DNA of 64,000 bases from Macrostomum hystrix (GCA_950097015.1 CATNEN010000003.1:11532001-11596000), one strand, 5' to 3'. Counted from the first letter of the stretch, positions 12,683 to 28,045 are shown. A program made the numbers and translations. Notes: generated from the letters alone by a model not told the origin.

Positions 12683-14482
12683 AAATAGTTGTGTCAGCTC
12701 AGCCACTTCCAATAGTTGTGTTTAGCAGTTCAGTCCACAGACTTAACTACTTTCAATAGTTGTGTACAGCTGTTCAGTTCACGGACTGATCCACATTCAA
12801 TAGTTGTGTACAACTGTTCAGTACACGGACTGAACCACATTCAATAGTTGTGTACAACTGTTCAGTACACGGACTGATCCACATTCAATAGTTGTGTACA
12901 GCTGTTCAGTACACGGACTGATCCACATTCAATAGTTGTGTACAACTGTTCAGTACACGGACTGATCCACATTCAATAGTTGTGTACAAATGTTCAGTAC
13001 ACGGACTGAACCACATTCAATAGTTGTGTACAACTGTTCAGTACACGGACTGAAACACATTTAATAGTTGTGTACAGCTGTTCAGTACACGGACTGAACC
13101 ACATTCAATAGTTGTGTTTAGCAGTTCAGTACACGGACTGAACCACATTCAATAGTTGTGTTTAGCAGTTCAGTCCACAGACTTAACTACTTTCAATAGT
13201 TGTGTACAGCTGTTCAGTACACGGACTGATCCACATTCAATAGTTGTGTACAACTGTTCAGTACACGACCTGAACCACATTCAATAGTTGTGTACAACTG
13301 TTCAGTACACGGACTGATCCACATTCAATAGTTGTGTACAGCTGTTCAGTACACGGACTGATCCACATTCAATAGTTGTGTACAACTGTTCAGTACACGG
13401 ACTGATCCACATTCAATAGTTGTGTACTAATGTTCAGTACACGGACTGAACCACATTCAATAGTTGTGTACAACTGTTCAGTACACGACCTGAACCACAT
13501 TCAATAGTTGTGTACAACTGTTCAGTACACGGACTGATCCACATTCAATAGTTGTGTACAGCTGTTCAGTACACGGACTGATCCACATTCAATAGTTGTG
13601 TACAACTGTTCAGTACACGGACTGATCCACATTCAATAGTTGTGTACTAATGTTCAGTACACGGACTGAACCACATTCAATAGTTGTGTACAACTGTTCA
13701 GTACACGGACTGAACCACATTCAATAGTTGTGTACAGCTGTTCAGTACACGGACTGATCCACATTCAATAGTTGTGTACAGCTGTTCAGTATACGGACTG
13801 ATCCACATTCAATAGTTGTGTACAACTGTTCAGTACACGGACTGATCCACATTCAATAGTTGTGTACAACTGTTCAGTATACGGACTGAACCACATTCAA
13901 TAGTTGTGTACAAATGTTCAGTACACGGACTGAACCACATTCAATAGTTGTGTACAACTGTTCAGTACACGGACTGAACCACATTCAATAGTTGTGTACA
14001 GCTGTTCAGTACACGGACTGATCCACATTCAATAGTTGTGTACAACTGTTCAGTACACGGACTGATCCACATTCAATAGTTGTGTACAACTGTTCAGTAT
14101 ACGGACTGAACCACATTCAATAGTTGTGTACAGCTGTTCAGTATACGGACTGAACCACATTCAATAGTTGTGTACAGCTGTTCAGTATACGGACTGATCC
14201 ACATTCAATAGTTGTGTACAAATGTTCAGTACACGGACTGATCCACATTCAATAGTTGTGTACAACTGTTCAGTATACGGACTGAACCACATTCAATAGT
14301 TGTGTACAACTGTTCAGTACACGGACTGAACCACATTCAATAGTTGTGTACAACTGTTCAGTATACGGACTGAACCACATTCAATAGTTGTGTACAACTG
14401 TTCAGTACACGGACTGATCCACATTCAATAGTTGTGTACAACTGTTCAGTCCGTGGACTGAACCATTTCCAATAGTTGTGTA
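12683..14482. repeat. 44-bp minisatellite (AATAGTTGTGTACAACTGTTCAGTACACGGACTGAWCCACATTC)n, ~40 units, related to a SINE 3' tail
   Basis: Direct periodicity. The core TGTGTACAACTGTTCAGT..GGACTG is the reverse complement of the SINE tail at 9481-9509. Confidence 0.95.
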
Positions 14483-14641
14483 GTCTTTACACGCGAATCT
14501 GAAGTCTGTTCAGCTGTTCAGTCCATGGACTGGGGGAAACAACGCAGCAACGCAAAATTACGCGAGGTGATTTCTGTTCCCCAATAGAATCGAACCCCCG
14601 ACCCTTAAGTCACGAGTCGGATGATCTAAGCACTAAGCTAC
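14483..14641 (-). mobile_element. tRNA-derived SINE (family B)
   Basis: Minus strand reads GTAGCTTAGTGCTTAG (A-box-like)...GACTCGTGACTTAAGGGTCGGGGGTTCGATTC (B box)...CCCCAGTCCATGGACTGAACAG. Head and tail resemble 47965-48145. Confidence 0.8.
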
Positions 14642-15394
14642 AAACTCTGAAGATTGCAGAGAATTGCCCAAACATAAAAATATTGTAAAATCGTTATCGG
14701 TGTTTTTTTTTAAAGTTTTCTATCTGTCTAGTAAATATCTGTCCAGGTTCTATACTCATACCTTCATGACTATAGGAATTCTATAGGAATAAAATACTTA
14801 GTCTTTGTCATGTTGATAAACTAAGAAGCATAAGAACAGAAGCATATGGGTGGCAAGATAAGAGATAAGCTTAGAAAAAAAGACATATTCTTATAGATAT
14901 CAAAATCTGTGTTGCCAAATACAAATGGTACGTGCTTCTATACATGCATCCAACTCATTTAAATGTCAATAATAGAGTATCTACATCATTATAGTCTGAG
15001 TCAATCTCTGCAATGTGTGCTCCAATACCAAACTCTTGTTATACCACACACAGTACGTCAATTTAGATTATTGTTTAAACAGAAATCATACTCAAAACAG
15101 TTAGAGAGCCATTCGACTCCCTTGATGACGTCATCGATTTGAGAGACACGGAGGGTATAGACACCAAATACACACATACATACAAGCCTAGTTCAAATAT
15201 AACTACGAAATTCGCAAACTGAAACTACCAGAAATTCCACTTAATTCTAGAAGCAGATAGACTGAAATGAGAATTATTATGAATGCCGTTTAACATTTAG
15301 ATACTATACACTAGCTAGTGGCTTAATTTAATCAGTTGGAAAACAATAAGAAGGTGCCAGAAGAGAGGCAAACTGGTATAGGAATGCATAAAAT

Positions 15395-16480
15395 AGCTGC
15401 ATAGCTAAGGATATAATTAAATAGCTACGGTCCCACGGCTAGAGTTGGATAGCCAAGTATAGAGTTGAATAGCTACGGATAGAGTTGGATAGCCAAGTAT
15501 AGGGTTGAATAGCTACGGATAGAGTTGGATAGCTAAGGATAGAGTTGGATAGCTACGGATAGAGTTGGATAGCCAAGTATAGAGTTGAATAGCTACGGAT
15601 AGAGTTGGATAGCTAAGGATAGAGTTGGATAGCTACGGATAGAGTTGGATAGCTAAGGATAGAGTTGGATAGCTACGGATAGAGTTGGATAGCCAAGTAT
15701 AGAGTTGAATAGCTACGGATAGAGTTGGATAGCTAAGGATAAAGTTGGATAGCTACGGATAGAGTTGGATAGCTACGGATAGAGTTGGATAACTACGGAT
15801 AGAGTTGGATAGCTACTGATAGAGTTGGAAAACTATGGATAGAGTTGGATAGCTACGGATACAGTTGGATAGCTACGGATAGAGTCGGATAACTACGGAT
15901 AGAGTTGGATAACTACGTATACAGTTGGATAGCTACGGAAAGAGTTGGATAACTAGGGATAGAGTTGGATAGCTAAGGATAGAGTTGGATAGCTACGGAG
16001 AGAGTTTGATAGCTACCGATAGAGTTGGATAGCTAAGGATAGAGTTGGATAGGTAAGGATAGAGTTGGATAGCTAAGGATAGAGTTGGATAACTACGAAT
16101 AGAGTTGGATAACTACGGATCGAGTTGGATAGCTACGGATCGAGTTGGATAACTACGGATCGAGTTGGATAACTACGGATCGAGTTGGATAGCTACGGAT
16201 CGAGTTGGATAACTACGGATCGAGTTGGATAACTACGGATCGAGTTGGATAGCTACAGATACAGTTGGATAACTACGGATAGAGTTGGATAGCTATGGAT
16301 AGAGTTGGATAGCTACGGATAGAGTTGGATAGCTAAGGATAGAGTTGGATAGCTAAGGATAGAGTTGGATAGCTACGGATAGAGTTGGATAGCTAAGGAT
16401 AGAGTTGGATAGCTAAGGATAGAGTTGGATAGCTACGGATAGAGTTGGATAGCTACGGAGAGAATTGGATAGCTATGGAG
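15395..16480. repeat. 20-bp minisatellite (AGAGTTGGATAGCTACGGAT)n, ~52 units
   Basis: Direct periodicity. Confidence 0.97.
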
Positions 16481-17010
16481 AGAGAGAGACAACTTGAGCA
16501 TAAAATTGAGCATAAACATTGAGCACAAGGTGGCTGCCTCTGTACGATAATTAATAGGGAATAGAAAGACGATTGAAAATCAACCGGCAAACAGATTTAG
16601 CGCCGAAAATATTAAGAATATCCCATTTTTTCTGTTCCCGCATAAGCACTCAAAAAATGAGCAGAACCAAAGCGACGATTTTGCAACAGCTGGTGCCATG
16701 AATTAGCCGCATTTTTAATCCGAATTATTTTCGTTAAAAAAAATTTTACGAAATTTCGGCAATTTAGAATCGCAATCTGGTGCGTTTCTTTTATTTGAGC
16801 AGCGATTATAAAATACTGTCATAAATGAAATATTTAATTCTCCATTCGCAATTATTCAAACAAAAAACAATTAATCGCCAATAAATATTTCTTCTCCCAT
16901 TCCGCTACTTAGGATCAAAAATGTTAAAATCCCCTTTAATGTTAAAATGTTATAATCTGCTTATGAGTTTCATCGTTCCTAAAATCCTATTCCGGAGATC
17001 CACCATTCAT

Positions 17011-20000
17011 AAATCCCATCTTTGAGAACTAGCCATCCTAAAATCTGATCTTTGAGAACTAGCCATCCTAAAATCCCATCTTTGAGAACTAGCCATCCTA
17101 AAATCCCATCTTTGAGAACTAGCCATCCTAAAATCCCATCTTTGAGTTCAAACCATCCTAAAATCCCATCTTTGAGAACAAACCATCCTAAAATCCCATC
17201 TTTGAGAACAAACCATCCTAGAATCCCATATTAAAGAACAAACCATCCTAAAATCCCATCTTTGAGAACAAACCATCCTAAAATCCCATCTTTGAGAACT
17301 AGCCATCCTAAAATCCCATCTTTGAGAACTAGCCATCCTAAAATCCCATCTTTGAGAACAAACCATCCTAAAATCTGATCTTTGAGAACAAACCATCCTA
17401 AAATCTGATCTTTGAGAACAAACCATCCTAAAATCCCATCTTTGAGAACTATCCATCCTAAAATCCCATCTTTGAGAACAAACCATCCTAAAATCCCATC
17501 TTTGAGAACAAACCATCCTAGAATCCCATCTTTGAGAACAAGCCATCCTAAAATCTGATCTTTGAGAACAAACCATCCTAAAATCTGATCTTTGAGAACA
17601 AACCATCCTAAAATCCCATCTTTGAGAACTATCCATCCTAAAATCCCATCTTTAAGAACAAACCATCCTAAAATCCCATCTTTGAGAACTATCCATCCTA
17701 AAATCCCATCTTTGAGAACTAACCATCCTAAAATCCCATATTAAAGAACAAACCATCCTAAAATCCCATCTTTGAGAACAAACCATCCTAAAATCCCATC
17801 TTTGAGAACAAACCATCCTAAAATCTGATCTTTGAGAACAAACCATCCTAAAATCTGATCTTTGAGAACAAACCATCCTAGAATCCCATCTTTGAGAAAA
17901 AACCATCCTAAAATCTGATGTTTGAGAACAAACCATCCTAAAATCCCATCTTTGAGAACTATCCATCCTAAAATCCCATCTTTAAGAACAAACCATCCTA
18001 AAATCCCATCTTTGAGAACTATCCATCCTAAAATCTCATCTTTGAGAACTATCCATCCTAAAATCCCATCTTTGAGAACAAACCATCCTAAAATCCCATC
18101 TTTGAGAACTAGCCATCCTAAAATCCCATCTTTGAGTTCAAACCATCCTAAAATCCCATCTTTGAGAACAAACCATCCTAAAATCCCATCTTTGAGAACT
18201 AACCATCCTAAAATCCCATCTTTGAGAACAAACCATCCTAAAATCCCATCTTTGAGAACAAACCATCCTAAAATCCCATCTTTGAGAACTATCCATCCTA
18301 AAATCCCATCTTTGAGAACTATCCATCCTAAAATCCCATCTTTGAGAACTATCCATCCTAAAATCCCATCTTTGAGAACAAACCATTCTAAAATCCCATC
18401 TTTGAGAACAAACCATCCTAAAATCCCATCTTTGAGAACTAACCATCCTAAAATCCCATCTTTGAGAACAAACCATCCTAAAATCCCATCTTTGAGAACA
18501 AACCATCCTAAAATCCCATCTTTGAGAACAAACCATCCTAAAATCCCATCTTTGAGTTCAAACCATCCTAAAATCCCATCTTTGAGAACAAACCATCCTA
18601 AAATCCCATCTTTGAGAACTAACCATCCTAAAATCCCATCTTTGAGAACAAACCATCCTAAAATCCCATCTTTGAGAACTAACCATCCTAAAATCCCATC
18701 TTTGAGAACAAACCATCCTAAAATCCCATCTTTGAGAACTAACCATCCTAAAATCCCATCTTTGAGAACAAACCATCCTAAAATCCCATCTTTGAGTTCA
18801 AAACATCCTAAAATCTGATCTTTGAGAACTATCCATCCTAAAATCCCATCTTTGAGTTCAAACGATCCTAAAATCCCATCTTTGAGAACAAACCATCCTA
18901 AAATCCCATCTTTGAGAACTATCCATCCTAAAATCCCATCTTTGAGAACTATCCATCCTAAAATCCCATCTTTGAGAACTATCCATCCTAAAATCCCATC
19001 TTTGAGAACTATCCATCCTAAAATCCCATCTTTGAGAACTATCCATCCTAAAATCCCATCTTTGAGAACTATCCATCCTAAAATCTTATCTTTGAGAACT
19101 ATCCATCCTAAAATCCCATCTTTGAGAACAAACCATCCTAAAATCCCATCTTTGAGAACAAACCATCCTAGAATCCCATCTTTGAGAACAAGCCATCCTA
19201 AAATCTGATCTTTGAGAACAAACCATCCTAAAATCTGATCTTTGAGAACAAACCATCCTAAAATCCCATCTTTGAGAACAAACCATCCTAAAATCCCATC
19301 TTTGAGAACAAACCATCCTAAAATCTGATCTTTGAGAACAAACCATCCTAAAATCTGATCTTTGAGAACAAACCATCCTAGAATCCCATCTTTGAGAAAA
19401 AACCATCCTAAAATCTGATGTTTGAGAACAAACCATCCTAAAATCCCATCTTTGAGAACTATCCATCCTAAAATCCCATCTTTAAGAACAAACCATCCTA
19501 AAATCCCATCTTTGAGAACTATCCATCCTAAAATCTCATCTTTGAGAACTATCCATCCTAAAATCCCATCTTTGAGAACAAACCATCCTAAAATCCCATC
19601 TTTGAGAACTAGCCATCCTAAAATCCCATCTTTGAGTTCAAACCATCCTAAAATCCCATCTTTGAGAACAAACCATCCTAAAATCCCATCTTTGAGAACT
19701 AACCATCCTAAAATCCCATCTTTGAGAACAAACCATCCTAAAATCCCATCTTTGAGAACAAACCATCCTAAAATCCCATCTTTGAGAACTATCCATCCTA
19801 AAATCCCATCTTTGAGAACTATCCATCCTAAAATCCCATCTTTGAGAACTATCCATCCTAAAATCCCATCTTTGAGAACAAACCATTCTAAAATCCCATC
19901 TTTGAGAACAAACCATCCTAAAATCCCATCTTTGAGAACTAACCATCCTAAAATCCCATCTTTGAGAACAAACCATCCTAAAATCCCATCTTTGAGAACA

Positions 20001-23000
20001 AACCATCCTAAAATCCCATCTTTGAGAACAAACCATCCTAAAATCCCATCTTTGAGTTCAAACCATCCTAAAATCCCATCTTTGAGAACAAACCATCCTA
20101 AAATCCCATCTTTGAGAACTAACCATCCTAAAATCCCATCTTTGAGAACAAACCATCCTAAAATCCCATCTTTGAGAACTAACCATCCTAAAATCCCATC
20201 TTTGAGAACAAACCATCCTAAAATCCCATCTTTGAGAACTAACCATCCTAAAATCCCATCTTTGAGAACAAACCATCCTAAAATCCCATCTTTGAGTTCA
20301 AAACATCCTAAAATCTGATCTTTGAGAACTATCCATCCTAAAATCCCATCTTTGAGTTCAAACGATCCTAAAATCCCATCTTTGAGAACAAACCATCCTA
20401 AAATCCCATCTTTGAGAACTATCCATCCTAAAATCCCATCTTTGAGAACTATCCATCCTAAAATCCCATCTTTGAGAACTATCCATCCTAAAATCCCATC
20501 TTTGAGAACTATCCATCCTAAAATCCCATCTTTGAGAACTATCCATCCTAAAATCCCATCTTTGAGAACTATCCATCCTAAAATCTTATCTTTGAGAACT
20601 ATCCATCCTAAAATCCCATCTTTGAGAACAAACCATCCTAAAATCCCATCTTTGAGAACAAACCATCCTAGAATCCCATCTTTGAGAACAAGCCATCCTA
20701 AAATCTGATCTTTGAGAACAAACCATCCTAAAATCTGATCTTTGAGAACAAACCATCCTATAATCCCATCTTTGAGAACAAACCATCCTAAAATCCCATC
20801 TTTGAGAAAAAACCATCCTAAAATCTGATGTTTGAGAACAAACCATCCTAAAATCCCATCCTTGAGAACTATCCATCCTAAAATCCCATCTTTGAGAAAA
20901 AACCATCCTAAAATCTGATGTTTGAGAACAAACCATCCTAAAATCCCATCTTTGAGAACTAACCATCCTAAAATCCCATCTTTGAGAACTAACCATCCTA
21001 AAATCCCATATTAAAGAACAAACCATCCTAAAATCCCATCTTTGAGAACAAACCATCCTAAAATCCCATCTTTGAGAACAAACCATCCTAAAATCTGATC
21101 TTTGAGAACAAACCATCCTAAAATCTGATCTTTGAGAACAAACCATCCTAGAATCCCATCTTTGAGAAAAAACCATCCTAAAATCTGATGTTTGAGAACA
21201 AACCATCCTAAAATCCCATCTTTGAGAACTATCCATCCTAAAATCCCATCTTTAAGAACAAACCATCCTAAAATCCCATCTTTGAGAACTATCCATCCTA
21301 AAATCCCATCTTTGAGAACTATCCATCCTAAAATCCCATCTTTGAGAACAAACCATCCTAAAATCCCATCTTTGAGAACTAGCCATCCTAAAATCCCATC
21401 TTTGAGTTCAAACCATCCTAAAATCCCATCTTTGAGAACAAACCATCCTAAAATCCCATCTTTGAGAACTAACCATCCTAAAATCCCATCTTTGAGAACA
21501 AACCATCCTAAAATCCCATCTTTGAGAACAAACCATCCTAAAATCCCATCTTTGAGAACTATCCATCCTAAAATCCCATCTTTGAGAACTATCCATCCTA
21601 AAATCCCATCTTTGAGAACTATCCATCCTAAAATCCCATCTTTGAGAACAAACCATTCTAAAATCCCATCTTTGAGAACAAACCATCCTAAAATCCCATC
21701 TTTGAGAACTAACCATCCTAAAATCCCATCTTTGAGAACAAACCATCCTAAAATCCCATCTTTGAGAACAAACCATCCTAAAATCCCATCTTTGAGAACA
21801 AACCATCCTAAAATCCCATCTTTGAGTTCAAACCATCCTAAAATCCCATCTTTGAGAACAAACCATCCTAAAATCCCATCTTTGAGAACTAACCATCCTA
21901 AAATCCCATCTTTGAGAACAAACCATCCTAAAATCCCATCTTTGAGAACTAACCATCCTAAAATCCCATCTTTGAGAACAAACCATCCTAAAATCCCATC
22001 TTTGAGAACTAACCATCCTAAAATCCCATCTTTGAGAACAAACCATCCTAAAATCCCATCTTTGAGTTCAAAACATCCTAAAATCTGATCTTTGAGAACT
22101 ATCCATCCTAAAATCCCATCTTTGAGTTCAAACCATCCTAAAATCCCATCTTTGAGAACAAACCATCCTAAAATCCCATCTTTGAGAACTATCCATCCTA
22201 AAATCCCATCTTTGAGAACTATCCATCCTAAAATCCCATCTTTGAGAACTATCCATCCTAAAATCCCATCTTTGAGAACTATCCATCCTAAAATCCCATC
22301 TTTGAGAACTATCCATCCTAAAATCCCATCTTTGAGAACTATCCATCCTAAAATCTTATCTTTGAGAACTATCCATCCTAAAATCCCATCTTTGAGAACA
22401 AACCATCCTAAAATCCCATCTTTGAGAACAAACCATCCTAGAATCCCATCTTTGAGAACAAGCCATCCTAAAATCTGATCTTTGAGAACAAACCATCCTA
22501 AAATCTGATCTTTGAGAACAAACCATCCTATAATCCCATCTTTGAGAACAAACCATCCTAAAATCCCATCTTTGAGAAAAAACCATCCTAAAATCTGATG
22601 TTTGAGAACAAACCATCCTAAAATCCCATCCTTGAGAACTATCCATCCTAAAATCCCATCTTTGAGAAAAAACCATCCTAAAATCTGATGTTTGAGAACA
22701 AACCATCCTAAAATCCCATCTTTGAGAACTAACCATCCTAAAATCCCATATTAAAGAACAAACCATCCTAAAATCCCATCTTTGAGAACAAACCATCCTA
22801 AAATCCCATCTTTGAGAACAAACCATCCTAAAATCTGATCTTTGAGAACAAACCATCCTAAAATCTGATCTTTGAGAACAAACCATCCTAGAATCCCATC
22901 TTTGAGAAAAAACCATCCTAAAATCTGATGTTTGAGAACAAACCATCCTAAAATCCCATCTTTGAGAACTATCCATCCTAAAATCCCATCTTTAAGAACA

Positions 23001-26000
23001 AACCATCCTAAAATCCCATCTTTGAGAACTATCCATCCTAAAATCCCATCTTTGAGAACTATCCATCCTAAAATCCCATCTTTGAGAACAAACCATCCTA
23101 AAATCCCATCTTTGAGAACTAGCCATCCTAAAATCCCATCTTTGAGTTCAAACCATCCTAAAATCCCATCTTTGAGAACAAACCATCCTAAAATCCCATC
23201 TTTGAGAACTAACCATCCTAAAATCCCATCTTTGAGAACAAACCATCCTAAAATCCCATCTTTGAGAACAAACCATCCTAAAATCCCATCTTTGAGAACA
23301 AACCATCCTAAAATCCCATCTTTGAGAACAAACCATCCTAAAATCCCATCTTTGAGAACTAGCCATCCTAAAATCCCATCTTTGAGTTCAAACCATCCTA
23401 AAATCCCATCTTTGAGAACAAACCATCCTAAAATCCCATCTTTGAGAACTAACCATCCTAAAATCCCATCTTTGAGAACAAACCATCCTAAAATCCCATC
23501 TTTGAGAACAAACCATCCTAAAATCCCATCTTTGAGAACAAACCATCCTAAAATCCCATCTTTGAGTTCAAACCATCCTAAAATCCCATCTTTGAGAACA
23601 AACCATCCTAAAATCCCATCTTTGAGAACTAACCATCCTAAAATCCCATCTTTGAGAACAAACCATCCTAAAATCCCATCTTTGAGAACTAACCATCCTA
23701 AAATCCCATCTTTGAGAACAAACCATCCTAAAATCCCATCTTTGAGAACTAACCATCCTAAAATCCCATCTTTGAGAACAAACCATCCTAAAATCCCATC
23801 TTTGAGTTCAAAACATCCTAAAATCTGATCTTTGAGAACTATCCATCCTAAAATCCCATCTTTGAGTTCAAACCATCCTAAAATCCCATCTTTGAGAACA
23901 AACCATCCTAAAATCCCATCTTTGAGAACTATCCATCCTAAAATCCCATCTTTGAGAACTATCCATCCTAAAATCCCATCTTTGAGAACTATCCATCCTA
24001 AAATCCCATCTTTGAGAACTATCCATCCTAAAATCCCATCTTTGAGAACTATCCATCCTAAAATCCCATCTTTGAGAACTATCCATCCTAAAATCTTATC
24101 TTTGAGAACTATCCATCCTAAAATCCCATCTTTGAGAACAAACCATCCTAAAATCTGATCTTTGAGAACAAACCATCCTAGAATCCCATCTTTGAGAACA
24201 AGCCATCCTAAAATCTGATCTTTGAGAACAAACCATCCTAAAATCTGATCTTTGAGAACAAACCATCCTATAATCCCATCTTTGAGAACAAACCATCCTA
24301 AAATCCCATCTTTGAGAAAAAACCATCCTAAAATCTGATGTTTGAGAACAAACCATCCTAAAATCCCATCCTTGAGAACTATCCATCCTAAAATCCCATC
24401 TTTGAGAAAAAACCATCCTAAAATCTGATGTTTGAGAACAAACCATCCTAAAATCCCATCTTTGAGAACTATCCATCCTAAAATCCCATCTTTGAGAACT
24501 ATCCATCCTAAAATCCCATCTTTGAGAACAAACCATCCTAAAATCCCATCTTTGAGAACAAACCATTCTAAAATCCCATCTTTGAGAACTATCCATCCTA
24601 GAATTCCATCTTTGAGAACAATCCATCCTAAAATCCCATCTTTGAGAACAAACCATCCTAGAATCCCATCTTTGAGAACAAGCCATCCTAAAATCCCATC
24701 TTTGAGAACAAACCATCCTAGAATCCCATCTTTGAGAACAAACCATCCTAAAATCTGATCTTTGAGAACAAACCATCCTAAAATCTGATCTTTGAGAACA
24801 AACCATCCTAGAATCCCATCTTTGAGAAAAAACCATCCTAAAATCTGATGTTTGAGAACAAACCATCCTAAAATCCCATCTTTGAGAACTATCCATCCTA
24901 AAATCCCATCTTTAAGAACAAACCATCCTAAAATCCCATCTTTGAGAACTATCCATCCTAAAATCCCATCTTTGAGAACTATCCATCCTAAAATCCCATC
25001 TTTGAGAACAAACCATCCTAAAATCCCATCTTTGAGAACTAGCCATCCTAAAATCCCATCTTTGAGTTCAAACCATCCTAAAATCCCATCTTTGAGAACA
25101 AACCATCCTAAAATCCCATCTTTGAGAACTAACCATCCTAAAATCCCATCTTTGAGAACAAACCATCCTAAAATCCCATCTTTGAGAACAAACCATCCTA
25201 AAATCCCATCTTTGAGAACAAACCATCCTAAAATCCCATCTTTGAGAACAAACCATCCTAAAATCCCATCTTTGAGAACTAGCCATCCTAAAATCCCATC
25301 TTTGAGTTCAAACCATCCTAAAATCCCATCTTTGAGAACAAACCATCCTAAAATCCCATCTTTGAGAACTAACCATCCTAAAATCCCATCTTTGAGAACA
25401 AACCATCCTAAAATCCCATCTTTGAGAACAAACCATCCTAAAATCCCATCTTTGAGAACAAACCATCCTAAAATCCCATCTTTGAGTTCAAACCATCCTA
25501 AAATCCCATCTTTGAGAACAAACCATCCTAAAATCCCATCTTTGAGAACTAACCATCCTAAAATCCCATCTTTGAGAACAAACCATCCTAAAATCCCATC
25601 TTTGAGAACTAACCATCCTAAAATCCCATCTTTGAGAACAAACCATCCTAAAATCCCATCTTTGAGAACTAACCATCCTAAAATCCCATCTTTGAGAACA
25701 AACCATCCTAAAATCCCATCTTTGAGTTCAAAACATCCTAAAATCTGATCTTTGAGAACTATCCATCCTAAAATCCCATCTTTGAGTTCAAACCATCCTA
25801 AAATCCCATCTTTGAGAACAAACCATCCTAAAATCCCATCTTTGAGAACTATCCATCCTAAAATCCCATCTTTGAGAACTATCCATCCTAAAATCCCATC
25901 TTTGAGAACTATCCATCCTAAAATCCCATCTTTGAGAACTATCCATCCTAAAATCCCATCTTTGAGAACTATCCATCCTAAAATCCCATCTTTGAGAACT

Positions 26001-28045
26001 ATCCATCCTAAAATCTTATCTTTGAGAACTATCCATCCTAAAATCCCATCTTTGAGAACAAACCATCCTAAAATCTGATCTTTGAGAACAAACCATCCTA
26101 GAATCCCATCTTTGAGAACAAGCCATCCTAAAATCTGATCTTTGAGAACAAACCATCCTAAAATCTGATCTTTGAGAACAAACCATCCTATAATCCCATC
26201 TTTGAGAACAAACCATCCTAAAATCCCATCTTTGAGAAAAAACCATCCTAAAATCTGATGTTTGAGAACAAACCATCCTAAAATCCCATCCTTGAGAACT
26301 ATCCATCCTAAAATCCCATCTTTGAGAAAAAACCATCCTAAAATCTGATGTTTGAGAACAAACCATCCTAAAATCCCATCTTTGAGAACTATCCATCCTA
26401 AAATCCCATCTTTGAGAACTATCCATCCTAAAATCCCATCTTTGAGAACAAACCATCCTAAAATCCCATCTTTGAGAACAAACCATTCTAAAATCCCATC
26501 TTTGAGAACTATCCATCCTAGAATTCCATCTTTGAGAACTATCCATCCTAAAATCCCATCTTTGAGAACAAACCATCCTAGAATCCCATCTTTGAGAACA
26601 AGCCATCCTAAAATCCCATCTTTGAGAACAAACCATCCTAGAATCCCATCTTTGAGAACAAACCATCCTAAAATCCCATCTTTGAGAACAAACCATCCTA
26701 AAATCCCATCTTTGAGAACTAGCCATCCTAAAATCCCATCTTTGAGAACAAACCATCCTAGAATCCCATCTTTGAGAACAAACCATCCTAAAATCCCATC
26801 TTTGAGAAAAAACCATCCTAAAATCTGATGTTTGAGAACAAACCATCCTAAAATCCCATCTTTGAGAACTATCCATCCTAAAATCCCATCTTTGAGAACT
26901 ATCCATCCTAAAATCCCATCTTTGAGAACAAACCATCCTAAAATCCCATCTTTGAGAACAAACCATCCTAAAATCCCATCTTTGAGAAAAAACCATCCTA
27001 AAATCTGATGTTTGAGAACAAACCATCCTAAAATCCCATCCTTGAGAACTATCCATCCTAAAATCCCATCTTTAAGAACAAACCATCCTAAAATCCCATC
27101 TTTGAGAACTATCCATCCTAAAATCCCATCTTTGAGAACTATCCATCCTAAAATCCCATCTTTGAGAACTATCCATCCTAAAATCCCATCTTTGAGAACT
27201 ATCCATCCTAAAATCCCATCTTTGAGAACTATCCATCCTAAAATCCCATCTTTGAGAACTATCCATCCTAAAATCCCATCTTTGAGAACTATCCATCCTA
27301 AAATCCCATCTTTGAGAACAAACCATCCTAAAATCCCATCTTTGAGAACAAACCATTCTAAAATCCCATCTTTGAGAACTATCCATCCTAGAATCCCATC
27401 TTTGAAAACAAACCATCCTAAAATCCCATCTTTGAGAACTATCCATCCTAAAACCCCATCTTTGAGAACTATCCATCCTAAAATCCCATCTTTGAGAACT
27501 ATCCATCCTAAAATCCCATCTTTGAGAACAAACCATCCTAAAATCCCATCTTTGAGAACAAACCATTCTAAAATCCCATCTTTGAGAACTATCCATCCTA
27601 GAATCCCATCTTTGAAAACAAACCATCCTAAAATCCCATCTTTGAGAACTAGCCATCCTAAAATCCCATCTTTGAGTTCAAACAATCCTAAAATCCCATC
27701 TTTGAGAACTAGCCATCCTAAAATCCCATCTTTGAGAACAAACCATCCTAAAATCCCATCTTTGAGAACAAACCATCCTAGAATCCCATCTTTGAGAACA
27801 AACCATCCTAAAATCCCATCTTTGAGAACAAACCATCCTAAAATCCCATCTTTGAGAACAAACCATCCTAAAATCCCATCTTTGAGAACTAACCATCATA
27901 AAATCTGATCTTTGAGAACAAACCATCCTAAAATCCCATCTTTGAAAACAAACCATCCTAAAATCCCATCTTTAAGAACAAACCATCCTAGAATCCCATC
28001 TTTGAAAACAAACCATCCTAAAATCCCATCTTTGAGAACTAACTA
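17011..28045. repeat. 11-kb satellite of 30-bp monomers (AAATCCCATCTTTGAGAACAAACCATCCTA)n, ~368 units, with higher-order repeats of 1500-1920 bp
   Basis: Stays in exact 30-bp register for 11 kb. The rare variant AAATCTTATC recurs at 19081, 20581, 22351, 24091 and 26011. Confidence 0.98.

Noticed and set aside
22751-27685. 1644-aa minus-strand ORF (LKDGILGWFV)n and the many RTNHPKIPSL / MVCSQRWDFR ORFs
   Set aside because: Translation of a 30-bp satellite with 3n units. There is no unique flanking coding sequence, and Sidekick exons 3 and 4 join without it.
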